Assembly (NCBI GenBank): GCA_973895155.1
Contig: OZ316891.1
Span: 18,873,048-18,937,047, forward strand
DNA from: Marsupella aquatica
Taxonomy: Eukaryota > Plantae > Marchantiophyta
DNA length: 64,000 nt
Direction of reading: 5' to 3'
Both the position numbers and the translations under genes were made by a program. Below the pieces are notes generated by a model that saw only the letters and a program-made list of their open reading frames with translations, was not told the origin of the DNA and did not search any database. This document shows, piece by piece, positions 1-11,823 of this stretch. Within the stretch, counting starts at the first letter, position 1; every line of letters starts with the position of its first letter.

Positions 1-350
1 ATACTTCTATACATAGAGCTTCGCTGCCACCAATTGAATAACATGTGCTTAATGCTAAGGAGCTCATTATGTCGAGTTAAAAAGACTCTTTCAGAAGTAC
101 AATCAAAGCTGTGGATAGGCAAACTGAGCATGAATAAAAGCGCACTAAACCTGAAGATTCAAAGAGGTGAAACAAACCTGAATGCTGATGGAAGGAGCTG
201 AAACAAGCTGCCAAAAAGTAGTTCGAGCTGCTGAAACACATTGATCGAGTTGATATGAGCTTAAAATTGGCTGACACGAGCTGATACAAGCACTCCCAAA
301 AAGCTAGCTGCAATGAACTAGCAAACTAGAAGTGAATACGAGCTGTAAAT

Positions 351-541
351 GCGAGCTGCAATGCGCCAACGAGCTCCTAGTCGAAACGATGGACAACTAC
401 TAAGAGCTGCAACGCGCCGTCAAGCACCTGACCACAACGAACGAGCTGCAATGCGCCAACGAGCTCCTGGTTGAAACGATGGACAACTACTAAGAGCTGC
501 AACGCGCCGACAAGCACCTGACCACAATGAACGAGCTGCAA
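351..541. repeat. ~99-bp tandem duplication
   Basis: Unit cgagctgcaatgcgccaacgagctcct...gcacctgaccacaa occurs twice; short gagctg motifs recur from ~190 onward. Confidence 0.8.
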
Positions 542-2019
542 CGACAAAAATGAAATCCAGGGCAGGAGCGAGAGCGAGAGCGACGAGAGCAGGCGCGCGA
601 AAGTCTAGGGAGCGAGAAACAACAACAATGAACAGTGAACTCGAGACCGCGGGCGCCGACACTAAGGAAGGACTAATTAGGGTATTGTTTTAGCATAACC
701 CTAATAACAGCCTAGCGACAAGAAGGTTCCAGATGATCTCCGTACAGTCCACCATCGACTGAACAAACTATGCAATCGTGAGAAAAAGATTACCGGATTC
801 CTTTTGATTTGCCGTACTAAAGGAGATTTCTATTTGATCGCCAATTTGAAATTTAAACCGGTAATTATGCAACTGCGAAAGATTGTTAGTGGGGACCCCC
901 GGATCCGGATCCGGATCCGTATCTTCACTATATCTGCCAATTCAAATCCAAAATGTGAACGAACGACAACTTTCTCACGATCGTTCCATCACGTAGTGGA
1001 GGCGAATTTCAAAATCATTCCATTTTGGTAGTGGAGACCGTCGGATCCGGATCCGTACTCCACTCTCTATCTTGCCAATTCAAACCCAAACTCTAAACAA
1101 CGTAAAACGATTCTCACGGTCGGGGAGAACCGATATTCAAAATCAATCCTGTACAATGATTCTCACGACTGGAGACTCAACCAATTTTCAAAATCAAAAT
1201 CGAGTCCAGATGAACACATCCTCCATGGAGTCAATAGACTGATCTCATTGCTCACGGATCATTCTTCATTTTCAGTTTCTCCTGACCAGGATACTAGCTG
1301 GGCTCTCAGCGGAGGCTGATCCAAGGCACATTTGAGGTGGAGCAGATTGGATCATTCGACTATTCCTGCCGGAGGCGGAGCTCATTCAAGCAACGCTGGC
1401 GCAGTTCTTGTTGTATCACCTTCAATCTTGGGGAGAGCACATCCGATCAAGCGGGAGAGTTGCGACGAAGCGAGACGACAAACATTTAGAACCTCCATAG
1501 TCTGCCTCATTCATCGAAGCATTCTAGCGGACCAACAAAGAGCGGCTATTCTGAAATCACAGTCTGGTCGAGGATTTTGATCTTGATACGATCAACAAGT
1601 TATCATTCTCTGGTGGTGGGATTCGATCACGATACTCAAGGAAATTGGAGTTCGAAGGAGGAGGCTTAGTTGGCTGGGACGAGGAGGCTACGCTGGAAGG
1701 AAGAGGCTTGGCTAGGAGGAGGGTTTCCGCCAACATCGAAGGGTTGCCGCCAACATTGCTGAGACCACACGCAACTGAATAACTTGTAAGTATCAATCAG
1801 CATTAATTCCGCAATGAAGGAGGAGAGTAGTTGCCTTAAATCACGCATTCAATGCATGAATTGAGTCAATGAAGTTATGGTCCAATTTCTCACTCCAATT
1901 TTGATCAATCCATTTTTCAAGTCCAATACAGAAGCAATGTATCAGAAGTACTAGTAGAGGATCCGAATGAATTCTCTAGTCTAAAATTGTATGGCGTACG
2001 CGTATAGTTGTCCGTACGT

Positions 2020-2985
2020 TTTGCTATTGTTTATTGTAGTCAACGGCCTAGCAAACCGAAATGTAATCGAGGTCCATTTTTCAGATCTTCCTGATCTCAA
2101 CTTGTTAGTAGGATGACCTGTTTTTTGGTTACATATGTAGTTCGTCATGCGCACAGTCGCGTGAACCAATTTATCTCGTGTCTTTTGATATTTGTTTATT
2201 GTAGTCGACAGCCTAGCGAATTGGCCAGCAATCTATTTTAAAACCAACATCTTCGTTTCATCATGCGCACGGTCGCGTTAATATTTTAGAGGTCAGCGAA
2301 AGCTCTGCACTCTTAGACGTAATCGCCCTTTATTTCTCAGATCTTCCTGATCTCAAGTTGTTAGTAGGATGACCTTTTTTTTGGTTACACATGTAGTTCG
2401 TCACGCGCACAGTCGCGTGAACCAATTTATCTTGTGTCTTTTGATATTGTTTATTGTAGTCGACAGCCTAGCGAATTGGCCAGCAATCTATTTTGAAACC
2501 GAGTTCTGCGTTTCATCACGCGACTGGTCGCGTTAATGTTTTAAAGGTCAGCGAAATCTCTGCACTCTTAGACGTAATCGCCCTTTATTTCTCAGATCTT
2601 CCTGATCTCAACTTGTTAGTAGGATGACCTACTTTTTTGGTTACACATGTAGTTCATCACGCGCACAGTCGCGTGAACCAATTTATCTTGATATTGTTTA
2701 TTGTAGTCGACTGCCTAGCGAATTGGCCAGAAATATATTTTAAAACCGAGGTCTTCGTTTCATCATGTGCCCGGTCGCGTTAATGTTTTAGAGGTCAGCG
2801 TAAGCTCTGCACTCTTAGACGTAATCGCCCTTTATTTCTCAGATCTGCCTGATCTCAAGTTGTTAGTAGGATGACCTGTTTTTGGTTACACATGTAGTTC
2901 ATCACGCGCACAGTCGCGTGAACCAATTTATCTCAGGTCTTTTTGATATTGTTTATTGTAGTCGACAGCCTAACGAATTGTCAGT
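2020..2985. repeat. ~255-bp tandem repeat array (~3.7 copies)
   Basis: tcagatcttcctgatctcaa(c/g)ttgttagtaggatgacc recurs at ~2081, 2337, 2592 and 2839; no unique spacers. Confidence 0.9.
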
Positions 2986-3384
2986 CAGAGGAATCTTGAT
3001 TTTTCCTTGATTGCAAAAATGGTTACATCGATCCCGAAGGACTTCGGATGTGGAATCCATATCCACTAGCACTATCCAGGAATTTAAGCTACACAGTATC
3101 TATAACAAGTTCTAACTTGAACTACTCTTGAATCTGTAGTTCTAATCTTCGACTACTCAGAATATTGTTGACTTCGATCGAGTCAGTCATTCCAAGATGA
3201 AGGCATCCACTCATCGGTGTCTGGTGTGGATTCCCTTGAATCCAGAAATTCTTCCTTTGCCCAAGTCCTAACGTCCATAGATTTTCTCGGCTTGCTCTTT
3301 CTGTAATACAAATCAGAATCTTCGTTCATCTCTAATTGCCTTTTCTTCGGTGCGTCCACTTTCTTGGCCTCCTTCTTGACTGTC

Positions 3385-3729
3385 TTAGCATCTACTGCTG
3401 CTTCCCCCGAAATGGATTCGACGCATGCTCGATCTGGCCTTGAACTTGTCCCCCATCGGAACGGATTCCACGAGGGCTTTGCCCTTTAACTTCTCCCTTG
3501 ATGCCATCTTTGTAGTCATCTCTATCGGATTGGTCTCCATCTGATCTTCCATCGACAAATGTGGCGAACAATGTCGTCTCTCACAAAACATTTGACCCGA
3601 TTTAGTCACCGTAAACATTATATTACATTGCTGACACATTCTGTAAGGAGTACCACGAATTCGATACGTTGAACCTTCTAAATCGTCCGTCAAAACATCC
3701 TCATTCTTCGAGCTCAGCGGAGTAGTCAT
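3385..3729 (-). CDS. Small hypothetical ORF with a CxxC...CxxxxC zinc-ribbon-like motif, possibly TE accessory
   Basis: 114-aa ATG ORF containing MCQQC...FCERRHC; no recognised family. Confidence 0.3.
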   Translation of the reverse strand: MTTPLSSKNEDVLTDDLEGSTYRIRGTPYRMCQQCNIMFTVTKSGQMFCERRHCSPHLSMEDQMETNPIEMTTKMASREKLKGKALVESVPMGDKFKARSSMRRIHFGGSSSRC

Positions 3730-4097
3730 CGCCCTTCAAACAAGAGATGCTGACCGAGACTAAGAATTGGAAATGAGAGAGCTGATGTGCGAATAGATTA
3801 TCCAGTAGCCAGAAAGTGGAATGCGTGGGGGAATGAGCAATAGGGATCATCTCAATGCTTTATACTGTTTAGTCTCCACTAGTCATTGTACATAGTGGTT
3901 TCTAGAAGAGGGTGCGCGTTTGACTGGCGCATATTAGAATTGGCGGGAAGTTCAGTTGTCCTCTAATTATGGCTTTAATTTCATGTTTGGCGACCGCCCC
4001 GGGAATACTGATTGCTAGTGAAGTACTGAGATTTCTTATTAAGGTCAGTAGTTACTGACTGTCTGGTGTCCACTCATTGGTAAACTGGTACTGTCCA

Positions 4098-4393
4098 CTC
4101 GGGGGTTTCACTTCCACAAAAATGGCATATCACGTGCGACGAAGTATAGGGTCATTTTATTGGTTCAAAGGGAAGACTTAAGAATTTTCTGAGAAGAACA
4201 ATAGGGTCTTTTAAATCCAATTTTGAGACTTATAAGACATTAGGGTCCTTATAACCAATTTTTTGGAATATTCCAAGAATATTCCAACTTTATAGGGGTT
4301 GAATAAATAAATTTTTTTCTTACATTTTAGGGGGTCCGAGACCTAAAAACGTCGCAGGTGATGGGGAGACATCCATATAGTGAGACCCCCGAG
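4098..4393. mobile_element. 296-bp MITE with 8-bp TSD (hAT-type TSD length), family 1
   Basis: TIR ctcgggggtttcact / agtgagacccccgag; TSD actgtcca at 4090-4097 and 4394-4401. Confidence 0.85.
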
Positions 4394-4714
4394 ACTGTCC
4401 ACTCATTTTTTCTGAGTGGAGTTGAAATGATTGTTCGTAATCGATTGTAGTCGTTCTCATTCACTTGAAATGGCTGACGGACCATGCATAATCTTTACTG
4501 GTATGTGTGATGCCTTTAGATCCGTAATTGTATCTTCCTGTCTCGCGCGCAATCGTATCTTAATTACTTATGAAGTACCAATTACGAGCTAGAGTTTGGG
4601 CCTAGCCTTCTAGCTTCTACGTCGTAGACCCTGTTATCCCTACACCCTCTGACTAAGGTCACGCGACATGCCTTTAGATCCGTAATTGTATCTTCCTGTC
4701 TCATGCGCAATCGT

Positions 4715-5406
4715 CCCTGGGCCCTAAGTGTTACTAATACAGGGAGGACGTGCGAACATTGCAAGGGTGTTTTTAATGTAATGCAAACTAATTTTTATAA
4801 TAGTTTTTAAAGTAGGCAACATCCATGTATATATATTCAGCACAATATTAGTAATAAGGCTCTTATCAAATACATGTCAGATTAATCTTATGCAAGGGTA
4901 CCCAAAATGCCAAGTACACATGTCACTATATGGTTGGCACACATGTCATCACTTTACTTGCGCACATGTTCATATAGTAAATCAGATATTTAATTATTTG
5001 TCGTCATAAGGCAAGTTTGGTTTCGTGGGCTTTAGGAACACTGAGAGGATAGTGCAGCCATGCTTGTCTGTATACTACAGGAAGAACTATAATTCTCTGG
5101 TACTAATTTTGTTTAACTATATAAAATATGTACCCTAAACAAAGGCGTAACATACAAGTCCCCTATGCAAAATAAAGTCTTATCTATTTCAGTATGATAT
5201 TTGCAATTTTAAAAATTCAAGGATGTTTTCAATTCCTTGAAAAATTATATTATAATTTACAAAAGGATAAAATTTAATAGGAAAAGTTAATATTTTTACA
5301 TTAACAAGGGGATTTTTTTTGTGAACAAAAATATTAAGAAGGGGTACATGGGGGGTGTCTGTTCTCAGGGGGGTTCACTTTATATAGTAAGAGTGAGGGC
5401 CCAGGG
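4715..5406. mobile_element. 692-bp non-autonomous DNA transposon with 8-bp TSD
   Basis: TIR ccctgggccct..ttacta / tagtaa..agggcccaggg; TSD gcaatcgt at 4707-4714 and 5407-5414; the duplicated copy at ~4549 shows the empty site gcaatcgtatctta. Confidence 0.85.
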
Positions 5407-5896
5407 GCAATCGTATCTTACTTATGAAGTACCAAGTACGAGCTAGAGTTTGGGCCTAGCCTTCTAGCTTCTACGTCGTAGACCCTGTTATCCCTACACC
5501 CTCTGACTAAGGTCACGCGACTAGTCGCGTGCAGGGCAGTGCATTGACTACATTCTGCCTACTTATTGACGGTTGTGACAGGACAATGCAGTTCACGGAC
5601 GTTTTACTGGCGCTTATTAGCACTACTATCCTTAGTAGTTACTGACTGTCCACTCATTTGTTCTGAGTGGATGTGAAATGATTGATCGTAATCGATTGTG
5701 GTCATTCTCATTCATTTGAAATGACTGACGGACCATGCATAGGCTGTTGCCGGTATGTGTGGTACCTCTAGGGCACGCGACCAGTCGAGTGCAGCGCAGT
5801 GCATTGACTACATTCTGCTTATTGACCGATGTGACAGGACAGTGCAATGAAATTGACGGACGTGACAGGACTGTACGCTTACAATGATATTCTCTG

Positions 5897-8800
5897 ATGT
5901 GCAGGATCATAATTATTATGGTGACATCGACAGTCTGGATCAGGGAAGGCGGACAAGTTATTATAGGCATACGTGAGAAACAGGTTGGAAAAGGTCGCGT
6001 GATAAGGCTTGATCCTTCTAGGGTTTGTCACAATGTTCCTCTTGGGGCGGACAGAGTTCTTCTTCTATTGGAGGAAGTTTTTGACGAGACCATTCTATGC
6101 GAAGATGGCGAACTTTTGAAGGACATGATTGGGGGTTACCTTGTATGGGAAAGGAATCAGCTTTTTCAAGCTCCCATGGAATCGGAGGATGTGTTTGGCA
6201 CTGTTGGTGATGATCAAGATCCAGTCAATCAAAATTCTGATGGGAACAACCATAATGAGAGTCGGTCTGGTGTGGAAGTAGTTTTACCAAAGGCCTTGTG
6301 GATGGGCATGCATGTAAAGGTGGTGGATGAGAACAAGCTGATTTTTGCAGTGGCAACTATACATGTTCTAGATCCTATAGTGAAGCTTGGGGATGTCACC
6401 CTTGGGAATACACATGTGGGAATTTTGATCAACGATTTTGTCGAGGGAGCTACCATAGATCATCTGAAGCATAGAGATTGCTTAAAAGCTTGGTCGATGG
6501 ACCAACTCATTGCCAAGGATGGCAACTTGTTGTCTTTCCACAACATCAGGCAAGCTGTGGGAGGGAACACATCTCCAACAAGTGGCAAGCGGTCCTACGT
6601 CCATAAAAGTAGGAAAAGAAAGAGTCCATCTTCCCAGACATCTAGAAGAGACACATCTTTGGCACGTCAAGATGTGTTGTTGATAAACACTAAGGACTGT
6701 TGTAGTGAACATTGTTGCCAATATTTGGACCGCAACTTGGCTATGGCAATTAGGCAAAAGTGGTGGTCAAATCTTTTGCGGAGCGCAAGGAGGAGGAAAT
6801 CAAGGCTATTAAAAATACAATACACTTGGGTACTGGAGAAAGGATTCTAGCAGTGGAGGGCCAAGTATTGTGCTTGGAGGCATGGAGAATCATTCATTCA
6901 AGAGGAAAGACTCAATTTTATGCCTTGAAGAAGACTGTGATGGCTGGAATGAACATAGGTACCCATGGTAATGCTGGAAAAAGGCGAATGTCCGAGAAAG
7001 TATCTCAAGCGTTCATGTCAATGAAAGAGATTATTGAGGAGGCAGCTGATCATCATCCAGCCAAGTTGAGAACCATGGCAGATAATACAAGGATGGTTTT
7101 GAGGGAATTGCCAACAAATCTTACTTGGGAGAATATTAGAAACAGGGTTAATGTTGTCAACCAGGAGGCTGGTCTTCCTCCAATTTCCCAACCCACCTTG
7201 AGTCATCTACATCAGATGTATTTCAGAGAGTTCTCACGTCACAAAAAGGGCAACAACTTTTCAAAGTGTACAACTTGTAGTGAGTTGCTTCAACGGAAAG
7301 CAAACCTTATAGGAGCTAAGGAAGAGTTAGAGGGCCTAAGGCGTGATGAGGAGGAACATCACCAAGACCACACACAACAAAGAATGTGCTATCATACCTG
7401 GAGATATGAGTCCATCCATCGTCCAAAGGAAGTGTTATGCCTTATTCATGATAAGATGGATCATTCAAAGACAGCTCTCCCAAGAATGCCCTTCAATCCT
7501 AAGCATGTGGATGGTGCCCAAAAGTTCCCAATTACTGTCACTGGTATCCTTACTCATGGTCATGGTCCCAAGGCCATAGCCCAATATCATGTTGGAGTGT
7601 GGCCAGGTGATGTCAACATCACTATTGGGTCAATTGATTCAATACTAAGGATGTTGGAAAACCCAAATCCAATGATCAAATCACTTGTGGAGGGGCCAGA
7701 CTCGACAAGTCTTTTTAAAGACCTCCTTTTTGGGAGAGCAGATATCTTGGAGGCAAGTGTCCTTAGAGCATTTGAGGATGACATTGCCTGCATCTCAAGC
7801 CTAGGTACTTTACTCACAATCCTTTAATTTATTATTATTTAATAATATAAGCTCACACACACTGACACTCTACTTTGTATAGTTGTTGCTCCTCCTAGCC
7901 AAGGTTTCATTAATAGGGTTTAAACCCTAAACCCTAAATTGGGGTTTAGGGTCTGACTAGGGTTTTATTTAAAAGCATTCTGAGATTGTTACATTGTGAT
8001 GCAACACCTGAGGCACCAAAGTTCAGGCCCCTTCCACGAGTATTGAAGCTACAACTGGATAATTGTGCCTCAGACAACAAGAACAGATATATGATGGCTT
8101 ATTTGTCATTGTTGACGGCAAGGGAGGTGTTTGAAGAGGTTCATCTTGGTTTTATGGTGGTTGGGCATACTCATGAGGACGTTGACGGTATGTTCGGGCA
8201 TTTTTCAGAGTCTATGATGCATAACCCCACATACTCATTGCCTGAGTTAATGTCCTTGTTCATGAGAGCAAGGACACCCAATGCAGTCCCACATTTTCTA
8301 CAGGAGGTCCCAGATTTCAAAAACTACTTAGCTCCATTCATGTTGAAGGGCCCTGAGGCATTGGTGGGGCATTTAAAACCCAGGCTGTTTAGGTTCTATG
8401 TTCGTCATGATAGTATGCCATGCTTCCAATACAAAATGAAGTCAACTGATCAGGGATGGTTACCCAAGGAAGGTATTGAAATGTGGTCATGGAAAGATGA
8501 CAAAAGTCCTCACATCCCAATTGGGGTGCCCAAACGGCTACCAATGATGGAGTTGAAAATGTTTCCTGAAGTGCTGACAGGGTTGAAGAAGCATGTGTCA
8601 TTCTTTGAGTTTATTCTAAAGCGAACAAAAGAGGAAGAACCAAAGCGACGTTGGACAACTCTCATCAATTATTGGAATGACATTGTAGATACTCTACAGG
8701 GTGAGCAGGTGCAATATGAACCTGAAGGTGCACACAACTTGGAATACGGGTTTTGGCCTTTATCAATATGGAGAGAGCACGTTCCACCAGAATATCAAAA

Positions 8801-9293
8801 TGTGGCATGTGAGTTGGAGGCAACAGTGGATTATGTGGGACCAGCAAAAGATAAACCTCCTGAGAGTTTTAACCCTAGGGTTGATGTTGTGAAGGGCTGT
8901 TATGTGTTGGTACGGCCGGACGACTCAGACCTGGATGTTTATCCCGTCCATATGGGGTTAGTTGTTACAGATGTGGTAGAAGGACCAGTGAATGAACAAA
9001 ACCTTCTTACTCATGTATGTGGCGTTGAGTGGTTTAGACCATTTATGGCAAAGAAGCAACGTGGTCAATCAGACTGGCAGCCAAGAGAGCGGTGGGCAGA
9101 TTCTTGGGATAAGAAATGGGAACGTGATCCAACTCCAATATACAAGGAAGCTGAGACAATAGATGTTTCCTCTGCCTTGTGGTGTTTCAAAGCACGCAAA
9201 GGACTAGTGACAGGGCTGGTAGGAATTCCAAAGAATGTTGCTGCCAAGGCAAGAGACTATCTCTTGACATGCATAGCAAGTGACAAATCCTAG
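5897..9293 (+). pseudogene. Sola-like (DUF7869-type) DDD transposase, frameshifted, with N-terminal Tnp1/En-Spm-like repeats
   Basis: Motifs LIHDKMD, LQLDNCASDNKN and VVGHTHEDVDGMF plus KCTTC and CCSEHC; frameshift near 6770 (KWWS/KSFAERK); probable intron(s) ~7805-8000. The superfamily call rests on recalled motifs, not on a search. Confidence 0.75.
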
Positions 9294-9384
9294 ACAGTAA
9301 TGAAGCATGTAGTCTAGCATACAGTTTAAAAGGCAACTCAGAATAGTAGTAGCCAGAGAACTCAAGTTTAGACAAGTCTTATCG

Positions 9385-9855
9385 TCTAAGTTAGTTAGTT
9401 GGTTAGTTTATTTAAGATATAATATTAGTTAGTGGGGCCTTAGTTTGGTGATATTAAGGCATGATATTATTGACATTCAAATGAATGTCCAGTAGACATT
9501 GTAATATACAACAATCCTATTAATAAATAATAATTATAGTTACACCTTCAAGTGAACTCAACTTTCAATGATTTCTGATTTTATATGGTTCCATGCCTGA
9601 TTGAGTCAAAGCAATAGAAACTAACTAATTAAAGGGTGATACTATGATTGTAGGTCACGCACCCTGGTGCGTGTCAATCTTTTTTTGTATTCAATCCTAT
9701 AGTAATTAAATAGACAAGTTAGTTAGTTGGTTAGTTTATTTAAGATATAATATTAGTTAGACAATGGGGCCTAAGTTTGGTGATATTAAGGCATGATATT
9801 ATTGACATTCAAATGAATGTCCAGTAGACATTGTAATATACAACAATCCTATTAA
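9385..9855. repeat. ~140-bp direct duplication in the AT-rich 3' region of the Sola-like element
   Basis: aagttagttagttggttagtttatttaagatat...acaacaatcctattaat at ~9388 and ~9716. Confidence 0.75.
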
Positions 9856-11823
9856 TTGTTGTAAATGGTGGTCAATCTTTTTTGTATTCAACCCTATAGT
9901 AATTAAGTAGACAATTGAAACAATGAATGACAGTTTAATTAAGGATTTGTGCATGGATCAAGAGGTACTTGATGTCATTTAGTGATGCATTGTTATAAAG
10001 ATCTTGCAACAAAACATTTGAAGTTTTTGACTATCCCACCAAATGTTAAAGAGGTTGATCATTTATTAACTTATAATATTTAGATAAAATTGGAATTAAT
10101 CTAATATTTCAGTATTCCTTAAATTGGGGTTATTGGGATCATGTCTCCCTGTTAGGCCTTTTTTGCCCTTGGGCACTGTTATATATAATATGCATTTGAA
10201 TGCTATATTTTGTTTCCCCTTTCAAGTTTGTATACCACTTATTCCCTAGTAGTGTGTCGTACTTAGTCCCCTCCGGATATACTTGTCCCTCATTGGGCAC
10301 CCATGCACACAATCCAAGATTGACAAAAAACCTGCAATACATTTGACGGCTATATTTTGTTCTCCCCTTTCGAGTTTGTAAGCACACATGTGAAGAGTTT
10401 TGGCCAGATTGCACATTATAGTAGTTGATAATTAGTGTACAATGCAACTTTTGTTTGTCACTGGTTATTAACTGATTTCCGTGTGTGTCTAAAGTCACAA
10501 GAGTTGTTACGGTCCTGAACCATTGAACTATTGAACAATCCCATGGTTTTCCTTGTCTTTGGGTCAAATTCAGCCACCCCAACTACAGGGCAGGGTTCCG
10601 CCCTCCATGTGTGTTTCGTCCCCATCCTTGTCTCATTATTTCTTGAGTGCCCTTTCTTACCTTCACAGTAGGGGGGATGGATGTGGAACCCTCTTATTCT
10701 TCAATGTGACTACCCCAGGGTAGTAGGGTCTTTTGCTGTTAACCAAGGTTAAGTCACTTAACCCCCAAAACTGACATTTAGTCCAAATACTGGCAAGGGG
10801 TGATCTTTGAGGAAAAAAGGTGACAATCGAATAGAACCAACTTTGTAAATTTAGTACGTATTCTGGAGTATGGGTCACTTTTGGCTTGCTGAGGTCAGTA
10901 TCTGGCGTAGAATAAGGAACGCTTTGTAAAGGGGACAAACCGGGACGGAACCCAAAGCACAATTACTCGAATGTCAGGAGAACTTCCAAATGCGCAAGAC
11001 AGACATTGATGGAGGACCAATTGGTCTAAACTTGGTGCGTTGGCATTGGAATGATCGATATATCTGATGAGGTCGGTTATCTTGGATCCTGGGGGATGAC
11101 TTATTGTAAAGCCAAAGTGGACCTGTCACACTTGATATCAATCGATTGAATATAAGCAATATCAAATCTAAGCAAAGTCTTGGAAGTGATCTCTCAATTC
11201 TCATCGTCTCATTCTCGTAACGTCCCCTTACTTTCAGCATCTTACAATTTACTCCTTCGACAGAGGCTGGCTGAATAAGAGTGGCTATGGTGTCCGCGAT
11301 TTATGTGTGGGTTCATGTGCTGGAGAGATGGGAGAGTGATATAGAGCACAGAGCCCGTCCAAAACAAACTCCTTACATGGTGCTGCAACCATTATGTACA
11401 GCTGTAACAGATAGAAAATTTCACGCAGACAGAGGATCCAAGACACTAAAAGTCTATTATGGGGAAAGCCTATTAAATCATTAGAGCCGTCTATTACGGA
11501 GTCCTAGCATGAGTCCACTTCCGGATGGAGTACAGCTACTAGATGGAGCGGCTGAGGCTAGCTGATCAAAATTTAGGAAACCCCAAATCGCGTTATATAT
11601 CTTCAAATCTTCGTAGCCAGAACTGTCACCGACTCCTTAACTGTCCTTCACTAGTACGTAGCAACATCGAGGGACTCAGGAGGTGCAGTGCCTAAGAACT
11701 CCATTTTGGAACCTGAGCCAGACGAGCTCTGAACCAGCTCGTAGTAGCTAGTTGCAAGGAATGTCTCTCTTCATCTGCCAAGTCTCTTATTAAGCTGGCC
11801 TCCGTTCAAGGAATCCATTTACC

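Noticed and set aside
2020-2985. Repeat array as a possible CRISPR
   Set aside because: Units are ~255 bp with no unique spacers, there are no cas genes, and the context is eukaryotic.
4628-4642. 15-bp match (accctgttatcccta) to the 18-bp I-SceI site, also at ~5482
   Set aside because: The match is incomplete, there is no surrounding rRNA or vector sequence, and the second copy comes from a local duplication.
7915-7950. Telomere-like taaaccc repeats (also ~35200 and ~37440)
   Set aside because: Only 2-3 units; these are common telo-box-like motifs in plant TEs.
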